Shown here: piece by piece, positions 57,099-64,000 of the stretch | Position numbering within the stretch: the stretch's first letter is position 1 | Layout: each line of letters begins with the position of its first letter | Assembly (NCBI GenBank): GCA_964016885.1 | Contig: OZ024740.1 | Coordinates: 66,154,001 to 66,218,000 of the forward strand | DNA: 64,000 bases | Direction of reading: 5' to 3' | Source of the DNA: Eledone cirrhosa | Taxonomy: Eukaryota | Program-made: the position numbers and the translations under genes | The notes under the pieces: model-generated | Database searches by the model: none | Told to the model about the DNA's origin: nothing | What the model saw: only the letters and a program-made list of their open reading frames with translations

Positions 57099-59253
57099 AA
57101 TTCCATATATGGTCAAAGTGATTGTCAAAAATCAGTAGTAATTCTGTGGTTGCAAATTAGTAGGGGAGATGGTGGCTAAACCTGCCAGTAGGAGAAAGAG
57201 GGGAGGGGGTGGAGTAGACCCAATCAAGCGTTGGTAGTGCCAGCTACAGCTGGGCATGAGGTCAAAGAAGATACAGGGGAGGGGGAGGGGGAGGAAGTCG
57301 GAACGGTAGGTAGAACAATGGCGGTAGAAATATATAGGACAGAAAAATACTGAGAGTGAAGAAAAGCAAATAAGTGTCAGGAGAAAAGTAAAGTAAATTA
57401 AATTCTACGACCTAGGTCTCAGGCTATTGTTAGGCTAGAATAAAATAAGGAAAGAAAGAAAGAAGTAAAGAAAGAAAGAAATAAAGAAATAACGGGTCAT
57501 TATGGGGTTTGAGGGCGAGGTAAGTCCTACGCAATCTATGTTTACATGCAGTAACCAGTTCATCTTTCTTGTTTAGGAGTTGGTCCGTCGAAAACAGCAT
57601 TTGTAAGGTTTCCTCCGAGCATAAATTGCACGGACGGCGTCCTCCCGTGTAAGAATTGGCTCTGGACAGTAATCTCCAAGTGAGATCGTAGGTGATGTTG
57701 TTGTCCTTGAGGTCCCATATGTGGCCCGAAAGTGTAGTGGCGTGACGCCGGGCCGGGTTTCAGAAGGTATGTCTATGTTGGTATAGCCGGGTCTTGAAGT
57801 CACATGCAGTAAGTCCTATATAGGCTTTGTTGGAGGTATCCGTCCTCACGTTGCACTGGTAGATCACATTACGGTCTCTGCATCTATTGTCGACAATAGA
57901 TGAAGAGACCGTAATGTGATCTACCAGTGCAACGTGAGGACGGATACCTCCAACAAAGCCTATATAGGACTTACCGCATGTGACTTCAAGACCCGGCTAT
58001 ACCAACATAGACTTACCTTCCGAAACCCGGCCCGGCGTCACGCCACTACACTTTCGGGCCACATATGGGACCGCAAGGACAACCACATCACCTATGATCT
58101 CACTTGGAGATTACTGTCCAGAGCCAATGCTTACACGGGAGGACGCCGTCCGTGCAATTTATGCTCGGAGGAAACTTTACAAATGCTGTTTTCGACGGAC
58201 CAACTCCTAAACAAGAAAGATGAAATGGTCACTGCATGTAAACATAGATTGCGTAGGACTTACCTCGCCCTCAAACCCCATAATGACCCGGTGGGGTAGA
58301 CTAGGGCTATAACACCCCACTTGCCGATTTTGCAATGGGTAACCCCTGCTTGCCAAGGAAGACGTAAGATCTTCTTTGTATTCTTTTATCGCTTCCTTTA
58401 TTTCCTTCCCCCCTCTCTCCTTAGTCCTTCTACCCCAGCTCTTCTCCTTTGTCGGCGTCTTTTCTCGCCCACCTGAGGCTGCCCTTTGGCCCCATGTAGC
58501 CTTAGTACCCCCACCACCCCCTCCCCTAGTCTATGATAGATTTGGCGGACTCCGCCCTTTATAGCAGTTGGCTTAGACCCCGGATACTTGCCCCCTTTTT
58601 CCGACCGCTCCCACTATTCTCTGTGCCCTCTATATTTCTTAGTGGCACTTATGCCTTATTTTTTCGTTTCAGTATTTCTTGCTTCGCTTTTCTTCTGGGC
58701 GGGGTGGATTCTGAATTTATTTCTCCGTATTCTACCTTTATTTCGTACGAACTTTCATGTAGCTTGTTTTAGATCTTTTAGAGTTAGCATTAGTATATAT
58801 CTTTCTCGGGACTCAGAATTATTATCTCGTACAAGTTCACTTTGCTGCACTGGGTTGTTGCTGGCCCGGGATGGAAACCTTTATTGTTTATTTCGTGGTA
58901 GTCTCTTTAGTATTTTGGCCCCTTATGTTGACCCGTCACCGTATCATTTACGTACTTATACCTCTTAAAAGGGTCCTTGCCTATCCGTCCTACCTAGTTC
59001 TTTTACTTATTTCGTTATTTCTTTATTTATTTATTTATTTACTTCTTTCTTTCTCTCTTTATTTTATTCTAGCCTTACAATAGCCTGAGACCTAGGTCGT
59101 AGAATTTAATTTACTTTACTTTTTTCTTTACACTTATTTGCTTTTCTTCACTCTCAGTATTTTTTCTTTTCTTTCCTACTAATCTCCCCTACTAATTTGC
59201 AACCACATAATTACTACTGATTTTTGACAATCATTTTGACCATATATGGAATT

Positions 59254-59347
59254 ACCCCTTGAGAAGATCGGCTATTTAAATACCAGGATAAATTTTCATT
59301 TAGTCCAGAATTAGCCGTCGAAACGGCTTGAGCTCAGCTGTCGGGGT
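59254..59347 (+). ncRNA. Hammerhead, U3-A8 core variant
   Basis: acccc-TTGAGAA-gatcggcta..tagccgtc-GAAA-cggcttgagctcagctg-TC-ggggt. Confidence 0.78.
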
Positions 59348-59357
59348 CTTACTGGTT

Positions 59358-59420
<63 letters not shown>

Positions 59421-59595
59421 AATACAATATCGGAGAAAGCTTTTTAGCGATACTGCGGCCAAATTCCAACTCACTCAACAAACATTAGGAAATAAGAGAT
59501 TATATTCCCAATTATGTGTTCGGGGTGCTAACGAAAAGTATTGCGTGGAAAAATGGCTGTATTATTTCAAATGAGACATATCTAGTATATCTCTT

Positions 59596-59722
59596 CCCAG
59601 ACGGACATCTCGTTTCATTATAGGATTCCTACAATTTGGGTGAAATTATACCAATTTATGTAGGAGCTTGTATACCATCAATAGATATATATTCAAGTGG
59701 GCTCCTATAATTCATCAGTGGG
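59596..59722 (-). ncRNA. Type I hammerhead with branched stem II, in a TA-flanked island (59420-59760)
   Basis: ccca-CTGATGA-attatagga...tcctataat-GAAA-cgagatgtccg-TC-tggg. Confidence 0.78.
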
Positions 59723-59790
59723 TGCCCCAATAATACTAATATTGATAATCTAACCAACATCATATATATATAAATATATATATATATATA

Positions 59791-59885
<95 letters not shown>

Positions 59886-59886
<1 letters not shown>

Positions 59887-60078
59887 GGAACAAGTATGAC
59901 CCCGACGGCAGAGATCAAGCCGGTCGACGGCTAGTTGGCGTCCAGAATTAGCCGTCGAAACGGCTTGGGCTCTTCCGCCGGGGCCATACTTGTTCCTATT
60001 ACCCACTCTACTACCCTAAGTATTGAGTACTTTGGTCTGTTATGGTCCATCTGGTTCCTTACCACATTTCCTTCGTTG

Positions 60079-60080
<2 letters not shown>
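59886..60080. mobile_element. Mini fold-back of the family D terminus (3' half of HHR only)
   Basis: 59886-59936 is the inverse of 59945-59997; both flanks are (TA)n. Confidence 0.8.
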
Positions 60081-60149
<69 letters not shown>

Positions 60150-60152
<3 letters not shown>

Positions 60153-62025
60153 ACAAACCAGATGGACCATAACGCACCAGAGTACTCAATACTTAGGGTA
60201 GTAGAGTGGGAAATAGGAAAAAGTATGACCCCGACGGCAGAGCTCAAGCCGTTTCGACGGCTATTTCTGGACTAAATTATAATTTTTAGCCTGGTGAATA
60301 AATAGCCGAACTTTTCAAGGGGGTACTTCCTTATATGAGAAGATTGTAGTTGTCAAGAGGATTGGTTAAAATTTGTTGTAAACTCAAATAGGTCTATCAT
60401 GGCATTTTGTGGGAGGTAGGGGTGGCTGAACTTGCCTGTAGAAAGAACAATAGGGGAGTGAGTGGAGTGGTCAAGCGTTGAAAGTGATATGTATACAGCA
60501 GATTCTAAGGATAGTGTATGAAGTGGAAGAGGGAGGTTATAGAATAGGTAAATCGAAAAACAGTAGGTGACACTAAAAGATAATAGAAAGAAATACAAAA
60601 ATATATAAAATTAGATAGTGAGAAATGAATAAAAAAATTACAATGCTATTTTACAATTACAGGTTAGTAAGTTGAGAATAGAAAAAAACTTGTAGAAAAA
60701 ACTTGTAGTACCAGAACTGATACAGAATTAAAGGGGTTTAACACGTCTGCTATAAGTAGTTAGTAAAACGTATTAGGCCAATTCTATCTTAAAATTACCG
60801 GGGTGGCGGAACTGATGCTACAGAAGCCCGATGGGCTGCATCGGGGTAAGCGAATAGGGGTGGAAGGAAGTGATAGGATGAGACAGGGGGAAGAAGAAGA
60901 CACAAAGAGGAAAAGAAAAGAAAAAATATACATCTACCTAAGTAAGCTGGGCTTTCCTCTAACTTATTCGGCAAGTAGTGGTGTATCAGCCCTTGTCTAA
61001 CCACCCGGATCGTTATGGGGTTTGAGGGTGAGGTAAGTCCTACGCAATCTGTGTTTGCATGCGCTTACCAGTTCCTCTTTCTTGTTTATGAGTTGGTCCT
61101 TCGAAAATAGCATTTGTAATGTTTCCTCCGAGCATATGTTACATGGACGGCGTCCTCCCGTGTATGAGTTAGCTTTGGACAGTAAGCTCCAAGTGAGATT
61201 GTAGGTTATATTATTATCTTGGAGGTCCCAGATGTCATCCGAACGTGTAGTGGCATGTCGCCGGACCGGGTTTCGGAAAGTATGTCGGTTTTGGTAGAGC
61301 CGGGTCTTGAAGTCACGCGGGGTAATCCTATATAAGCTTTGTTGGAGGTGTCCGTCCTCACGTTGCACCGGTCGATCACGTTACGTTCTCGGCATTTGTT
61401 GTTGAGCGGGAACGTAGATCTGTCTGGGCAGTTACACCTCCTGGTCGGTTCTCCACTGATGTCTAGGTTATTTCTTCCATAGGGTTTGAGATCTGTGTTG
61501 TTTGAGGAGACGATGTTTTGTGCGAAGTTAGGTGTGGTGCTGTAGGAGAGTTTGATGGTGTTTTTGTTGATTATGTTGTGGTAGCGGTGTTGTAGTGGGA
61601 AGTGTTTTTCGAGGAGTCTAAATAAGATGTTGGCGATAGGTGTTGCCACCTCGGCATTATGGGGAGGATTGAACCACGCTACGTTGCGTGAGCTGCGGTG
61701 TCGCCTGCTGGATCCACTAAGGGAAGCTGGATAAAACGATATTTCCTCCCAGAAACCACTCCGTTTGAGGGCATGGTTGTAATGAGCCGCCTGCTCGTCG
61801 AATATCTGCTCATTAGCGGACAAAACAGATATGCGGAGGGAGATGTCTTTAACCAGGTTATTGGTGATGTTTCTAGGATGGTTAGAGCGGCGATGGATGT
61901 AGTGCAGGTTGTCGTTTGGTTTCCTGTATGGATTCTACATATCATTTTCGAAGTTAAGGGTAGCGTCCAGGGTATTGACTCGGGTTAGGGACGTTTGTAG
62001 GGTGATGTTAAATCCCCAGTCCCGT
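60150..62025 (-). mobile_element. 5'-truncated PLE, family D
   Basis: ORF pieces 61206-61823 (VAWFNPPH, IKLSYS, CNCPDRSTFPLNNKC, AYIG) and 60997-61368 (CNIC..CKH); 3' UTR; HHR at 60228-60324. Confidence 0.9.
60228..60324 (-). ncRNA. Hammerhead, U3-A8 core variant, diverged copy
   Basis: ccccc-TTGAAAA-gttcggctattt..aaatagccgtc-GAAA-cggcttgagctctgccg-TC-ggggt. Confidence 0.78.
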
Positions 62026-62074
62026 ATATATTTGTGTAAGAGTGTGTGTATAAATATGTGTGTATGTATGTATA

Positions 62075-62155
<81 letters not shown>

Positions 62156-62557
62156 GTGTGTATATGCACACATATCTATACATGTGAGTATGTGTGTCTG
62201 TATATATGTTTATGTATGTGTATATATGTATTTGTGTGTGTGTGTGTGTGCACGCGAGCGTGGGCGCGTATGTTTTGGCGTGTGAACTTGTGACCTCATC
62301 CTAACCTACCGTTTCCACAGATGTTCGATCAACCACTTGATATACCTTTTGTTCAAAATTGTTCTGTAAAATAATGAAGTGTTTATTTTGATTGCAACTT
62401 ACCACTAAACTTCTTTCTCTAAATAAATTTTGTTTTTTCTAAGAATCTCCATCCTTTAATCTCACCATGGCCTCTACTACCCTTCCCCCCACCCAACCAC
62501 TACCCTTCCCTTACCATCACAAAATGTATAAATACCAGAAATTTACATTGAAAGTCG

Positions 62558-62606
62558 GCTTTCTTATGATTTCCTCCGAATGAAACAGTTCTAGTCCTGT
62601 AGAAGC
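62558..62606 (+). ncRNA. Degenerate hammerhead (G5 mutated)
   Basis: gcttt-CTTATGA-tttcctccgaat-GAAA-cagttctagtcctg-TA-gaagc. Confidence 0.4.
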
Positions 62607-62610
62607 TATT

Positions 62611-62645
<35 letters not shown>

Positions 62646-62646
<1 letters not shown>

Positions 62647-62828
62647 GGAACGAGTAGGACCCCGACGGCTGAGCTCAAGCCGTTTCGATGGCTAATTCTG
62701 TGTCCAGAATTAGCCGTCGAAACGCCATGAGCTCTGCCGTCGGGCTCCTACTCGTTCTTATTACCCACTCTACTATTGAGTACTTTGGTGCGTTATGGTC
62801 CACCTGGTTCCTTACCACATTTCCTTCG

Positions 62829-62831
<3 letters not shown>
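62646..62831. mobile_element. Second mini fold-back of the family D terminus
   Basis: ggaacgagtaggaccccgacggc..ctaattctg | cagaattagccgtcgaaac..ctcgttc; TA flanks. Confidence 0.8.
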
Positions 62832-62916
<85 letters not shown>

Positions 62917-63452
62917 GTATAACTGAACAAAAAAGAAAAACGTACAAATCGTAATGGACCAGATTCGCTAAGGTGAAAAGACTACTAACTAGAGACAATA
63001 AGGTTTGCTAGACTCAATTTAAGAATAAATCAAGAAAAATAAATACAAACCGGAATTGAGCTAACTACCGATCACCCGGACAGTTTTGATAATACTGGTC
63101 CATTACGAATCTGGTCCATTATGATTTGAATACATATATGTCTGTGTTCGTTTTTTTTTTCTTTGTTCAGTTATACTATACGGCTCGTAAAAAACCTCTT
63201 TCCCAGAGCTAATCTATTGTAATAAGACTATCTTGAGTTTCTAACTCAATACATGCCTTTGATATATTCGGCTCCGTTATTTCGTAGAGCTAATTCAAAT
63301 GTCGAGTAAACCCGGTTGCTATTTTTAGTGGCATGAATCTGCGAGACACGCTATGTTCTGGAACCATGTTCGTTACATTCGTTACATATACGCACACTAT
63401 CCAGTTTTTTTTAATTATATTTAGAAGTGACCAGGATACTAATAATTCTTCA

Positions 63453-63638
63453 CCCGCTGATGAGCTAGGATTTTGGTATCCTCTTCATAAATAATTTTTT
63501 CTTCTTTTGGCACAAAGCCAGCAATTACCCAGTGTATTACTGGTACTTTATTTTATCAACCCCATAAGGATGAAAGGCAAAGTTAACCTCGGCGGTCACA
63601 AATAATATTGCGAAACAGTATTATCAAAACTGTCCGGG
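63453..63638 (+). ncRNA. Hammerhead interrupted in stem II by a SINE
   Basis: cccg-CTGATGA-gc...[SINE]...gc-GAAA-cagt-attatcaaa-actg-TC-cggg. Confidence 0.7.
63498..63597 (-). mobile_element. 5'-truncated SINE
   Basis: Reverse complement of ccgccgaggttaactttgcctttcatcctta..gtaccag..ttgtgccaaaag; candidate TSD aaataat. Confidence 0.8.
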
Positions 63639-64000
63639 AGATTGGTAGTTACCACAATTCCGGTTTGTATTTATTTTTCTTGATTTATTCTTAAATTGAG
63701 TCTAGAAAACCCTATTGTCTGTAGTTAGTATTCTTTTCACCTTAGCGAATCTGGTCCCTTACTATTTGAACACATATATGGATATGTCTGTGTTCGTTAT
63801 TCTTTTTTGTTCAGTTATACTATACGGCTCGGAAAAACCTCTTTCCTAGTGCTAATTCACTGTAATGAGACTATTTTGAGTTTCTAACTCAATACATGCT
63901 TTTGATATATATAATAGTAATGTATATATATATATATAATAGATTGTTGTAGTTTGCTTCAAGCATTGTGAAATAGGAAATACAAATATAACTAGGAAAT

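Larger units (their letters stand above)
62912..63910. mobile_element. HHR-bearing terminal-repeat element with inverted (62915-63097) and direct (63108-63267 vs 63746-63910) duplications
   Basis: Repeats seen directly; HHR at 63453-63638. Confidence 0.75.

Overview
AT-rich, (TA)n-laden eukaryotic DNA; the SINE family and microsatellite style suggest a mollusc, probably an octopus (inference). I found no convincing host protein-coding gene. The window is a retroelement landscape: a decayed CRE-like LINE, two L1/Tx1-clade LINE copies, an R4/Dong-like 3' fragment, an RTE-like tail, tRNA-type SINEs, a Buster-type hAT transposon with a perfect 8-bp TSD, and about five families of Penelope-like elements (PLEs; RT plus GIY-YIG with a CxCx5Cx5C linker). 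The most striking signal is non-coding. By eye I can fold more than 15 type I hammerhead ribozyme (HHR) motifs from about ten sequence families. They occur in PLE terminal repeats, in short ORF-less islands between (TA)n tracts, and in a 472-476 bp tandem array resembling a retrozyme. One family uses a U3-A8 core variant. Many of these elements are fold-backs: two copies joined at their truncated 5' ends, both 3' ends running outward into (TA)n, with junctions often inside ribozyme helices. All folds were done manually and need computational and biochemical confirmation.
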